The translations under genes were made by a program, and so were the position numbers. This document shows, piece after piece, positions 25,031 through 38,127 of a DNA stretch of 64,000 nucleotides. Source of the DNA: Eledone cirrhosa (taxonomy: Eukaryota); NCBI GenBank assembly GCA_964016885.1, contig OZ024741.1, positions 189,968,001 through 190,032,000 of the forward strand, read 5' to 3'. Below the pieces are notes generated by a model. It ran no database searches. It worked only from the letters and a program-made list of their open reading frames with translations, and was not told where the DNA came from. Numbering within the stretch: position 1 is the stretch's first letter; the number at the start of each line of letters is the position of its first letter.

Positions 25031-28000
25031 TAAGGTGACACAGGAGTATATAAGGGAGTTTCAAGTATATGAGTGACAGAAGTATATGAGGGAGTCACAA
25101 GTATATTAGGGAGTGACAGGAGTATATAAGCGAGACAGAAGTGTATGAGGGAGTCAGGAGTATTTGAGGGAGACAGGAGTGTATGAGGGAGACAGGAGTA
25201 TATAAGGGATACAGGAGTATATGAGGGAGTCAGGAGTATATGAGGGAGTTAAGAGTATATGAGGGAGTGTCAGGAGTATATGAGGGAGACAGGAGTATAT
25301 GAGGGAGTGACAGGAGTATATGAGGGAGACAGGAGTATATGAGGGAGTGACAGGAGTATATGAGGGAGACAGGAGTATATGAGGGAGTGACAGGAGTATA
25401 TGAGGGAGTCAGGAGTATATGAGGGAGTGTCAGGAGTATATGAGGGAGACAGGAGTATATAAGGGAGTGACAGGAGTATATGAGGGAGACAGGAGTGTAT
25501 GAGGGTGACAGGAGTATATGAGGGAGTGTCAGGAGTGTATGAGGGAGACAGGAGTATATGAGGGAGTGTCAGGCGTGTATGAAGGAGACAGGAGTATATG
25601 AGGGAGACAGGAGTATATAAGGGAGTGACAGGAGTATATGAGGGAGACAGGAGTGTATGAGGGTGACAGGAGTATATGAGGGAGTGTCAGGAGTGTATGA
25701 GGGAGACAGGAGTATATGAGGGAGACAGGAGTATATGAAGACAGGAGTATATGAGGGAGTGTCAGGCGTGTATGAAGGAGACAGGAGTATATGAGGGAGA
25801 CAGGAGTATATGAGTGAGTGACAGGAGTATATGAAGGAGACAGAAGTGTATGAGGGAGACAGGAGTATATGAGGGAGTGTCAGGAGTGTATGAGGGAGTG
25901 TCAGGTGTGTACGAGGGAGACAGGAGTGTATGAGGGAGACAGGAGTATATGAGGGTGACAGAAGTGTATGAGGGAGTGTCAGGAGTATATGAGGGAGACA
26001 GGAGTATATGAAGGAGACAGGAGTATATGAAGGAGACAGGAGTGTATGAGGGAGACAGGAGTATATGAAGGAGACAGGAGTGTATGAGGGAGTATCAGGA
26101 GTATATGAGGGAGACAGGAGTATATGAGGGAGACAGGAGTATATGAAGGAGACAGGAGTGTATGAGGGAGACAGGAGTATATGAAGGAGACAGGAGTGTA
26201 TGAGGGAGACAGGAGTATATGAGGGAGACAGGAGTATATGAAGGAGACAGGAGTGTATGAGGGAGACAGGAGTATATGAAGGAGACAGGAGTGTATGAGG
26301 GAGTGTCAGGAGTATATGAGGGAGACAGGAGTATATGAGGGAGACAGGAGTATATGAAGGAGACAGGAGTGTATGAGGGAGACAGGAGTATATGAAGGAG
26401 ACAGGAGTGTATGAGGGAGACAGGAGTATATGAGGGAGACAGGAGTATATGAAGGAGACAGGAGTGTATGAGGGAGACAGGAGTATATGAGGGAGACAGG
26501 AGTATATGAAGGAGACAGGAGTGTATGAGGGAGACAGGAGTATATGAGGGAGACAGAAGTGTATGAGGGAGTGTCAGGAGTATATGAGGGAGACAGGAGT
26601 ATATGAAGGAGGAGGGAGACAGGAGTATATGAGGGAGACAGAAGTGTATGAGGGAGTGTCAGGAGTATATGAGGGAGACAGGAGTATATGAAGGAGACAG
26701 GAGTGTATGAGGGAGACAGGAGTATATGAGGGAGACAGAAGTGTATGAGGGAGACAGGAGTATATGAGGGAGACAGGAGTGTATGAGGGAGTATCAGGAG
26801 TATATGAGGGAGATAGGAGTATATGAAGGAGACAGGAGTATATGGGGGAGACAGGAGTATATGAGGGAGACAGGAGTATATGAGGGAGTGTCAGGAGTAT
26901 ATGAGGGAGACAGGAGTATATGAGGGAGACAGGAGTATATGAAGAAGACAGGAGTATATGAGGGAGACAGGAGTATATGAGGGAGACAGAAGTATATGAG
27001 GGAGTGTCAGGAGTATATGAGGGAGACAGGAGTATATGAAGGAGACAGGAGTATATGAGGGAGACAGGAGTATATGAGGGAGACAGAAGTGTATGAGGGA
27101 GTGTCAGGAGTATATGAGGGAGACAGGAGTGTATGAGGGAGACAAGAGTATATGAGGGAGACAGGAGTATATGAGGGAGACAGGAGTGTATGAAGAAGAC
27201 AGGAGTATATGAGTGAGTCACAGGAGTATATGAGGGAGACAGGAGTGTATGAGGGAGACAGGAGTGTATGAGGGAGACAGGAGTATATGAGGGAGACAGG
27301 AGTGTATGAAGAAGACAGGAGTATATGAGTGAGTCACAGGAGTATATGAGGGAGACAGGAGTGTATGAGGGAGACAGGAGTATATGTGGGAGACAGGAGT
27401 GTATGAAGAAGACAGGAGTATATGAGGGAGACAGGAGTGTATGAAGAAGACAGGAGTATATGAGGGAGACAGGAGTGTATGAAGAAGACAGGAGTATATG
27501 AGTGAGTCACAGGAGTATATGAGGGTGACAGGAGTATATGAGGGAGACAGGAGTATATGAGGGAGACAGGAGTATATGAGGGAGACAGGAGTGTATGAAG
27601 AAGACAGGAGTATATGAGTGAGTCACAGGAGTATATGAGGGAGACAGGAGTGTATGAGGGAGACAGGAGTATATGTGGGAGACAGGAGTGTATGAAGAAG
27701 ACAGGAGTATATGAGTGAGTCACAGGAGTATATGAGGGAGACAGGAGTGTATGAGGGAGACAGGAGTGTATGAGGGAGACAGGAGTGTATGAGGGAGACA
27801 GGAGTATATGAGGGAGACAGGAGTGTATGAAGAAGACAGGAGTATATGAGGGAGACAGGAGTGTATGAAGAAGACAGGAGTATATGAGTGAGTCACAGGA
27901 GTATATGAGGGTGACAGGAGTATATGAGGGAGACAGGAGTATATGAGGGAGACAGGAGTATATGAGGGAGACAGGAGTGTATGAAGAAGACAGGAGTATA

Positions 28001-29012
28001 TGAGTGAGTCACAGGAGTATATGAGGGAGACAGGAGTGTATGAGGGAGACAGGAGTATATGTGGGAGACAGGAGTATTTGAAGAAGACAGGAGTATATGA
28101 GTGAGTCACAGGAGTATATGAGGGAGACAGGAGTGTATGAGGGAGACAGGAGTATATGAGGGAGACAGGAGTATATGAGGGAGACAGGAGTGTATGAGGG
28201 AGACAGGAGTATATGAGGGAGACAGGAGTATATGAGGGAGACAGGAGTGTATGAAGAAGACAGGAGTATATGAGTGAGTCACAGGAGTATATGAGGGAGA
28301 CAGGAGTGTATGAGGGAGACAGGAGTATATGAGGGAGACAGAAGTATTTGAAGGAGACAGGAGTATATTAGGGAGACAGGAGTGTATGAGGGAGACAGGA
28401 GTATATGAGGGAGACAGGAGTATATGAGGGAGACAGGAGTATATGAGTGAGAGACAGAAGTATTTGAGGGAGACAGGAGTATATTAGGGAGACAGGAGTA
28501 TATGAGCGAGTGACAGGAGTATATGAGGGAGACAGGAGTATATGAGGGAGACAGAAGTATTTGAGGGAGACAGGAGTATATTAGGGAGACAGGAGTATAT
28601 GAGCGAGTGACAGGAGTATATGAGGGAGACAGGAGTATATGAGGGAGACAGGAGTATATGAGTGAGTGACAGGAGTATATGAGTGAGAGACAGGAGTATA
28701 TGAGGGAGACAGGAGTATGAGGGAGACAGGAGTATATGAGGGAGACAGGAGTATATGAGGGAGACAGGAGTATATGAGTGACAGGAGTATATGAGTGAGT
28801 GACAGGAGTATATGAGGGAGACAGGAGCATATGAGGGAGACAGGAGTATATGAGGGAGACAGGAGTATATGAGTGAGTGACAGGAGTATATGAGTGAGAG
28901 ACAGGAGTATATGAGTGAGTGACAGGAGTATATGAGGGAGACAGGAGTATATGAGTGAGTGACAGGAGTATATGAGGGAGACAGGAGTATATGAGTGAGT
29001 GACAGGAGTATA
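25031..29012. repeat. ~4 kb minisatellite, 19-nt unit gagggagacaggagtatat with 21-nt variants
   Basis: About 200 tandem units with no unique spacers; higher-order ~386-nt duplication at 27334-28109. Confidence 0.97.
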
Positions 29013-29172
29013 TACAAATTTGTATAATTAACTTATATATTTAATAATTTCAGCAGAGGTGTGGAAATATCCAGAGCAATGGAGAGAGTAACATAATTTG
29101 GCAATAGTAATCTTCTTAGTGTGGTCAGAGCAAGTGTCAAAAATTAGGGATGTATGGTTTTATGTAATGTAA

Positions 29173-29628
29173 CATGATTTGGCAAAGGTTTGTGTGGACT
29201 GTGTAGTAGAAAATGCAAGCTTAGTAATTTTTTTAATGTGGTCAGAGCAAGAAGTCCCCAAAACTAGGTTTATCAGCTCACCAAACTGTAAGGTGAAATT
29301 ATTTTATTTGGGAGAACAAAAAGTATGATTTGGCAAAGGTTTGTGTGGACTGTGTAGTAGAAAATGCAAGCTTAGTAATTTTTTTAATGTGGTCAGAGCA
29401 AGAAGTCCCCAAAACTAGGTTTATCAGCTCACCAAACTGTAAGTTGAAATTATTTTATTTGGGAGAACAAAAAGCATGATTTGGCAAAGGTTTGTGTGGA
29501 CTGTGTAGTAGAAAATGCAAGCTTAGTAATTTTTTTAATGTGGTCAGAGCAAGAAGTCCCCAAAACTAGATTTATCAGCTCACCAAACTGTAAGTTGAAA
29601 TTATTTTATTCGGGAGAACAAAAGGCAT
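29173..29628. repeat. Tandem repeat, 3 x 151 nt
   Basis: Units start at 29173, 29324 and 29475 (atgatttggcaaaggtttgtgtggac..); nearly identical. Confidence 0.95.
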
Positions 29629-29859
29629 AACTGAAAGGACTATTCTAAGACACTAAATACCCTGCTAACGTTTCATAATTATCTTACTCCTAGTTTTCAT
29701 GCTGTATACTGGATTTTTGGATTGTCATAGATTTACTTTTACTAACAGAATTATTGATAATTCCTTACTTTGGGCTTCTTGTTGAACCCTTTTGACAACT
29801 GTTTGAAATCACTCCTGGTTCTATGATACAAAGCTGTTTGTTTTAAAGTATTTATATCA

Positions 29860-30120
29860 TCATCATTTATCATTTTACCTCTGCTTTTCCATGCTTGCAT
29901 GGGTTGGATAGGTTTTTCCCAGCACAGCATCCCTCAGCAATTTGAGATCAACTCTCACATCTGCTCATGTCTTCCTTTACTGCAGTTACCTTCCACTGGG
30001 ATTTTGAGGCACTTTAACCAACGATCATCATTGACATGCATTACATGACCATACCAGCATAGTCTTCTCTCTTGAGCACTACATCCGATTCCTCTTATAC
30101 CCAGCTCATTCATGCTTCTA
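29860..30120 (-). mobile_element. RTE 3' end fragment nested in a TTAA MITE (about 29790-30274)
   Basis: (cat)n tail, ccatgcttgcatggg, catgaccataccagc; MITE end aatgaaaggg|TTAA. Confidence 0.65.
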
Positions 30121-30522
30121 GAAACCTTCCATCATAATTTTATCTAAGACCTTTTAAGTGGTGTTCTAAATTAGTTATATTACTAAATCCCTTTCAAATA
30201 CTTGAGTTTTTTTCAAAATTATTTGAAAATGATATGCAGTATCTTTCATTAAACATATGGCAATGAAAGGGTTAAGATATGACAGTACTGGTAAAAGAAA
30301 AACATATATCTCTCTCTCCTGTCACTCCCTTCGTTCTGTTTCTGTCTCTATTTCGATTTTTCCACCTCGTTCTCTCTTTCTGTTTTTTCTTCTTTTCTCT
30401 TTCTAATCTTCATCCTTTTATTTTTATCCATTTGTATGAAAATAGTGAGGAACAAATATAATTAAATATAAATGTGAAGCGAATGAGAGGCCTCGTGCAT
30501 GTTTCCACATAAACCAATTTAC

Positions 30523-30599
30523 CGAGAAATGATGCCTCCCCCGCTGCTGCTGCTGCTGTTATTCCAGTTAACAGGAGTGCTCCCTCCACCAAGTGACAT
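30523..30599 (-). CDS. Candidate first coding exon MSLGGGSTPVNWNNSSSSSGGGIIS(R)
   Basis: gaaATG start, 77 nt to CG|gtaaat donor, in unique CpG-rich sequence; no homology recognised. Confidence 0.3.
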
Positions 30600-31088
30600 T
30601 TCTGCCACAACTACATCCTATGTAGTAAACCACACTAATGTGAGAGAGAGAAGGACCCACGCTCTCTCTCTCACGCTTCAACCCGATCAAACCTCTGGAT
30701 GTACTCGAACTACTGGATCAAATCATCACCGCCACCTCTTCTTATTCTTCTCCTATGTTATTTGGTCGTTGGTAAGAGTTTTAAATTACATTTTAATCTA
30801 TCTCTTGACTGTCAACTAAAAACGGAGTCCACGGTGGCCATGTAGTCGAGGATCAGTATGTAACGATCAATCAACCGGAAACTGATCCCTCACTTTACGA
30901 TCAAAGTTTAATTTATGTTTATCTTTATTTATTGTATTTTATTTTGACATCTATAATTTCCTCAATTATGGTCGGTGCGTGTTTCCTATATTTGTCCGTT
31001 CTAATTGATTTCCCAAACTCCCACAGATGTCTAAATACAAATATAGGATTAACTAGGTTTTCATAATTATATACATACGCGCGCGCAT

Positions 31089-31161
<73 letters not shown>

Positions 31162-31689
31162 CAGATAGATGGATTTATAGATATAGATAAATGCATGAAA
31201 ATAACATTTATTTTATATGATATATGAGAAAATATATATATATATATACACACACATCATTTTCTCCTACAAGATGGTTTAGTTTGGTTGCAGACATCGA
31301 AACTAAGAAAGAACGATTCCAGTATGGAATCATAGAGATAAGAACCTTTAATAGAAGACAAGAAATGAGAAGGAATTTTCGCAAATCCCGCCACCACAGA
31401 ACACTTTTTTTAATGAAAATATTTGTCATCGAAAATTATGCTTATTTCTTCAATAAGAAATCATCGTCATTGTATTGTCAGTTTTCGTAGACTTACTCCC
31501 AAGAAATATCTTATATATATCCCCACTTTCCCATCAGTTATACCTGTTATTTATTTTCCTCTATATATCCTGTGATTGTATTAAACCTAACGTCTGGTTT
31601 CTACACATATTTCTCTCTCTAGTATCATCCATCCATCATAAATTGTTCAACTACTACTCTATACACTGCACTACACGAGGCAACGTGGG

Positions 31690-32500
31690 AACCCCATGTG
31701 GTCTATAGACATGCTAGAAATAACAGCTATATATATCCCCTTCACCAAAGCACACCCTCCCATCATAAATATATAAAAGGGTGGGCTGGTTACTATAGGA
31801 ATGTGTTTGATCATGGACATGCTCGACGAAGGCTGTCTTGGGGCTAAACAACAATGATGGTATATTCTACATGATCACTAGACCTACTAGAAATATAAGC
31901 CAGCTCGCCCATCTAATTCGATAGACCTGCTTGAAATAGCAGCCAAATCTTCCCTACTAAACCACATCCTACCATCTTGAAAAAAGGAAGGACACGTTGA
32001 AGAAGATTGTCATAAATATACAAAAGGGTGAAATGGTAACAGTTGAAACGTTTTTGATCATAGGCCTGCTCAATGAGAGCTAAACAGCCTGTGCCTGATC
32101 ACTAAAAGTACTGGTAAATACCCCAACTAATTCACACTATATCGTATTTTTTTAATTTTATTTAGGGAAGGTTATATTTAATAGGTACGTACATTTTGTC
32201 TGAAATAAATGATGTCAGTCATGACTAGATACTTTTGAGTATGACTACTTAATCAGAGCTGACCAGTGGTTAAATAACTACATTGCACAAGTCAACGAAG
32301 GAATATCTACGTAGATGTTCGACTTGTTAGAAATAACAACCAAATACCCCTTAAATCATATCATGCTGTAAAGAAGGAAAGGGCTCATTGGATGATGTTT
32401 TTTCGTAGATAGACTTTAAAAGACTGGGTAGTCACAGCTGGAATGTCTTTAATATCATAGGTTTGCTCATTCAGGCTTGATTGACCTGGAGTTAAATAAC
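31690..32500 (+). repeat. Head-to-tail cluster of about 4-5 diverged copies of a ~180-nt SINE-like module
   Basis: Recurrent tagacctgctagaaatagcagccaaat..tttgatcatagg..ggggctaaacaac; dispersed copies at about 35355, 42600, 61705(-) and 63940. Confidence 0.7.
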
Positions 32501-32859
32501 ACCAACCATACACAATACTCCGTTTTTCAAATATTCTTCAACCGATCACAAGGATACAGGTAAAACATTTTTACATAGGTGTTAATTATACACATATATA
32601 CGTGTATATATATCCATATACAATGATATTAAATAAATGAAAACTATATTTATAAAACCATATTTATTCAATTATATATATTTCATATATATATAATTGA
32701 ATTAATATATATAATTGAATTAATGTGGTTTTATAAATATAGTTTCCATTTATTTAATATCATTGAATATTTACTCCAGAAATTTGTCGAGTGCTCTGAA
32801 TCAGTTATAAACATTTATATTTATTTGTTGTATTTCAAACAAATTAAATATCCCTTCTA

Positions 32860-32912
<53 letters not shown>

Positions 32913-33798
32913 ATGATCAAAAGCGTCACAGCCATGACCAGCGCGTCATTTAATTTTCCGACATTATCTAATATGTCCTTCCTTTTCTCAGAACAGTGGT
33001 GCTTGTTTGATAGAAATTGTACTGCTATTGTAGCAGGTCAACGACCTCGTACAGGTTCCTACATAGGATTGTACATGTCTGTGTGTCTATATCTTATGTT
33101 TTTCTGTGTACACATTCATATCTCGACCGTCAACTACATACGGATATATAAATATGTATATATGTGTGTACGTGCGTGCGTGGTTCGTTGCTATAGCGTT
33201 TCAATTCCCACAGTTGTAATACATAGTCACATGTATCTGTTTGCGTATACATGCATATATAGATGTATGTGTTTGCGTATACATGCATATATAGATGTAT
33301 GTGTGTATGTGTTGTTATATAAGCAAGTAGAAATCTTATATCTACCAGAACCATTATAATTCTTTCCAAAAATGTCAATTCAAACCCACATTTTTATTGT
33401 TATTGCCCATCTACTTTATTAATTGTATTCACAAAATAAATATATTAAGTTATAGATTACACACACACACATTTAAAGCCCCTGCTCAATATTTCATTTA
33501 GAATTTCTGAATGTATCTTGTATATAATGTATGCATGTGTTTGTGTGTATGTAGTCATCAACATCATTCAACGTCCGTTCTCCCTGCTCGTATATATATA
33601 TATATAGTTGTAATGTTTAGTTGCATATAGGTACAGATGGATTCATATTATTGATTGATTGGTTACTATTCAAAATCGATAACTGAATTACGTCTTTTCA
33701 TTGTTAGATCCTTTAACCGTATTGTTGATATTAAGTCGTAGTTTCGTTGGATGTGTTATTTATCACTGATACACAAAACATGTTTATTTCATTTTGTG

Positions 33799-33873
<75 letters not shown>

Positions 33874-33989
33874 AAATGAAATAAACTACTATATATATAT
33901 ATATATATATACGTATATGTTTGTATGTGTGTGTAGGTTTTTTTTATGTATCTTTTTCAAAGAGGTGTAAATATGATATGCAGAGCAGA

Positions 33990-34660
33990 AGGTCAGCTGT
34001 TCAATTTGAGAATTTTGAAAGCGCCTACCAAAGTGAAGCCATTGATAGTTTGTGGACTCTTGCACACTGATGACTGCGCTCTTATCTCCTCTGACTTGAA
34101 GTCAAACCTATAAGCACTCGTTGATGCTATGCATGAAGTTACTATCCACTTTGACCTCAACATGTATGTACATGAAACGAAGGTTATAGTCAAAGCACTT
34201 AAACATTCCAACACCTGACATTTCTATATGTGGACAAGCAGTCAAAAGCATTGTAAGCTTTGTGAACCTGGCACTAAGTAAAGTTCAAGAGACCTATTCA
34301 AATTGTTGTGTACAATGCCAATCCACGCCTACTACAGCAAAACATAGACAGTCCATGTTGTATTCACTGCTTGTAGCTAGAGTGCTATCATTTAAAAACA
34401 CTTTGTCCAATTGGTTGGCAAGACAGTATTGAACTTGAATGTCTTTGAATCACTGCCATGAGTGGGACAAGTTGTCAGGATGGATGAGAACAGCCTGCTA
34501 AAACCAATCATTTACAGTGAGCTTGCATGTGGATCAAGTGTGCAAGGCAGAAAGAACGATTTGATGACAATCTTCAATAAACTCTGAAACACTGTAAAAT
34601 TCCATTGTCCAGCTAAGAAGATGTGATAAAAAACCAGTAAGACTGGTACTCTCTTATATA
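33990..34660 (+). mobile_element. RTE-BovB-like LINE remnant
   Basis: Decayed LFNLR, DDCAL, GQVVRMDENSLLKPIIYSEL motifs. Confidence 0.6.
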
Positions 34661-34717
34661 TATGGATTTTAAAATATAGTTGTCCCCATATGAAGATGAC
34701 TATAATAATTGTTGCTC

Positions 34718-34850
34718 ACTATTAATAATACTTCAAAAAAATCAGTAAAATACCTCTGGAAAATGGAAAAATTGAACAGAGGCGCTCTCTGACCACTTTT
34801 CCTATCTCCATGGGGTATTTGACCTGATTTTTCAACTATTATTTATATTG
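34718..34850. mobile_element. Foldback MITE (second copy at 46167-46371)
   Basis: Long imperfect TIRs aataata(g/c)tt..aaaa / ttttcaactattatt in both copies, with a shared internal acagaggc. Confidence 0.6.
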
Positions 34851-37579
34851 ATCGACTATAAATATGTATTTATTTTGTTAAGGCTGAATAGTGAGTCTTG
34901 TTAGTCTGAAGTTACATCTGTTTATCACAGGATCACCAAACAAGAACTCTTGTTCTTGTCTGATGACCATGAATATTTAAACTCTACTTCAGTATTGAGT
35001 ACTCTTTTCTCTCAACCGCCAGCCACATACAGATATATCATTATCATCGTTTTTACTTCCATTTTTCCACAGTTGCATGGGTTGGATATTTTTTTCTTCT
35101 CTCACTCTCTTTCACCTTCACCTTACATAGATGAAGTGTTAGATCACTGAGATCACACCCACAAGCCATACTACTTCAGTACCACACCCAATATCCTAAC
35201 ATCTTACCCTTCAAATCTTCCAGCTCTTCCCAGTTCCTGAAATCCATTGTAACCAAAGTAAGAAAGAGAGACAAATATCTAGAAAGTTCCAGTCATATGC
35301 AGAGATACACTCATTTTCTCTTCACCATCACTACCTCTCCACAAAGGAGTTTCAACATGGTCACTCAGTTAGCTAGAAATAGTAGTCAAATTTCCCATAA
35401 ATTGCACCATACCATCTTGAAAAGGAAAGGATAAATCAGATGATGTAATCCTAGATAGCCAATGTCTGAGAGAAGGATGTGCTTATGCTTAAAACAATAC
35501 ATATATACACATACATACATAGATACATTTATATATACTAGTTCATTGTCATGAAATATAGGGTCTATAATTTCCAAATAATTTTGAAAATAATCCATGA
35601 CTTTTTTATTATTAACATATATAACTTTACAAAGGCTCATATATAAAATTTTGATGGAAAGCTTTCTAAGATAAATATAAACCTTTCAGACAGTTTGGTA
35701 TCAAAAGAGTTAATGAGGGCATGGAAAAAATTGACCTATTGCTTACTGGTACCATTTCTTTTTGTCTGCCTCAAACTGGTTTATCTAATGCTTCATGTTG
35801 ACTCATCTTTCTCATACAGTTACTACCCTTGTCTTCTTTTTATTCCATCTACTTTTTCTTCCATTTTCAGTCTCCTGTTATCTTTTGTCAGTCCTCTCAT
35901 TTTCTTCCCCTTACAGTCTATTGTTTTCTATTATTTTCATCATCATCTCCCTTCTTTTTCTTGTTTCATCATTTTTACTATTGTCTTCCTCCTCCTTTCA
36001 CCTCCCTTCATTCATCTGTCACCATTCAAGTCTCATGTAATTCTGAGAACAAATTTCAATATATCTGGGTACATAGCAAACTTTAGCCCCACCCTTTCTT
36101 TCCTCACTCACTCACTCACACACCCAACCCTCTGCCTGATTCTGTATTCTGTACAATGGAATTGGTTGAATGAATATGGGGCTGATGGACTATCAACTCA
36201 AAGATAGTTTTGTATTGTAGAACCAGGGATGGTTTCTAACAGTTTGATGTCAAAAGGGTTAATTAGAGCACAGAAAGTATTGAACCAGTTCCTGCTGGGA
36301 CCATTTCTTGTCTGTCTCAAGCTAGTTTATCTACTGTTTTATGTTAACTTACTAGTTTACTTTAATCTTCTCTGTTCACATCTTTCTTCTTGTGACTCTG
36401 GGAAATATTTCTAGTTAAATACACTTCCTATGGTTTTCAAATAATTGGGAAAATAATCAAGAATTTAGAGGGATTTAGTAATAATAACTTTCTCGTTATT
36501 AAGCAGGTGTTTTTGAACATAACTTAAAGAGTCTTACATAAAATTATAATAAATTATTTTTAAAAAATGAATATAAACACCTAAAAAGAAGCAATTAATT
36601 GTATCATAGAACAGAAGATGGCCTCAGGTAGTTTGGTAATGAAAAGATTAATTCTGTATTGTTTCACTTCACTCTGCTGTCGTTAGGAATAGGTGGTAGA
36701 TCATATGAAATAAGTTGTCTGTGTGTCTGAGATTAAATCTTTGGATCAGTTGACTTTAACTATTGAGGTGGGGGAGGGGTCTCCATCCTAAAAGGTAAAT
36801 CTTTTTATTTAATCAGACATAATGTATCTAGAACTATATTGTCTAATGTTTCCTTACTTGATTTTGTTTTGTATTTAATCAGAAAAGAAGGGGAGTTCCC
36901 CTAAACCTTTTCAATGCCTTTGTGACCGGTGGGGGGGGAGGGGGGGGGGAGAGAATGGTATCTCCAAACCAGAAAGCTGTCCCAAATACCTGTAACAGTG
37001 GGAACTTCATTAAAGGTACACATGAGTCAGGTGGTGGTGTTAAAAAGGGTGACTGACTATCACCTATCACCAGTGCATGACTATCACCTATCACCAGTGC
37101 ATGATGTAAATTTAGAATGCAAAGTGCTGGAACAAATACTACAAGACTTCACATCAAACACTCTAACACTTCTATCAGTCCTCCACACTGAACAGTTACA
37201 TTATTTTATTAACCCCAGAAGAATGAAATTGACCTTGATATGATTTGAACTCAGAGTGCAAAGAGCCAAAACCATAAAGCATTTTTCCCTATACTCTAAC
37301 AACTTTTCCTGGGTTGCTCTGATGCAACAAGCCTATAATCAAAGGTGTTCTCACAGGAACCATGTGCCCTTACTTTGTAAAAACAGAATAAATATATCTT
37401 TATTTTAGTATATACAGAACCTAAAACTGTGAAGACCTCTATCTCCCCTTTTCAACTTAGATTGGAGTGTCTTTACTTGAGTATATGAAGAACTGCATGT
37501 CTACAGAACCTAAAACCTCTAAAGTCTCTCTTATTCTCCAACTTAGGTGTGTGTGTGGGGGGGGGGGGTTATCTTTGCT

Positions 37580-37635
<56 letters not shown>

Positions 37636-37750
37636 CGTTATTCCGGGTTGAATCGGAGGTAACCACAGTAAGTAAGGTACTCAATACATAGCAGAGTATA
37701 ACAGTTTTAATATAGATGAGATTCTACAGGATATAGTTTTAATATAGAAC

Positions 37751-37805
37751 TGAGATTCCTGATGATTTCTAATGAATGAAACAGTTCTAGTCCTGTAGAA
37801 TCTCA
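37751..37805 (+). ncRNA. Type I hammerhead ribozyme, intact core
   Basis: tgagattc-CTGATGA-t ttc taat gaa t-GAAA-cag ttctagtc ctg-TA-gaatctca: 8-bp stem I, stem III ACAG/CTGT, GUA cleavage triplet. Confidence 0.72.
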
Positions 37806-37814
37806 TCTATATTA

Positions 37815-37855
<41 letters not shown>

Positions 37856-38086
37856 CAACTTATCACTACGGAACCTAAAACCTCCAAACCGCCCCCACTT
37901 CTACTTCAGTGTAGGTGGAGCTATCTTTACTGTAGTATATGTGAACCTTTCTTACTTTCACACTGAGCCCTTGCTTCTCCTCAACAGCTGTTGTGTCTAC
38001 CAAAGTTAGATATATATTTATATAAATATATTTGTTTGTTTCATTCTCTAACTGATTATCTATGTACACACACACATATTCATATA

Positions 38087-38127
<41 letters not shown>

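Larger units (their letters stand above)
30320..33900. promoter_or_regulatory. CpG-retaining region, candidate promoter
   Basis: Visibly more CpG in unique sequence than in the flanks; ETS-like ccggaa at 30875, YY1-like acatggcc on minus at about 30836-30843, E2F-like tcccgcc at about 31386, cgtca motifs near 32924 and 32944. Confidence 0.5.

Noticed and set aside
25031-29012. CRISPR-like array, or repetitive protein ORFs (LLSPSYTPVSLIYSC..)
   Set aside because: No unique spacers and no cas genes; the ORFs exist only because the 19-nt unit has no stop codon on the minus strand
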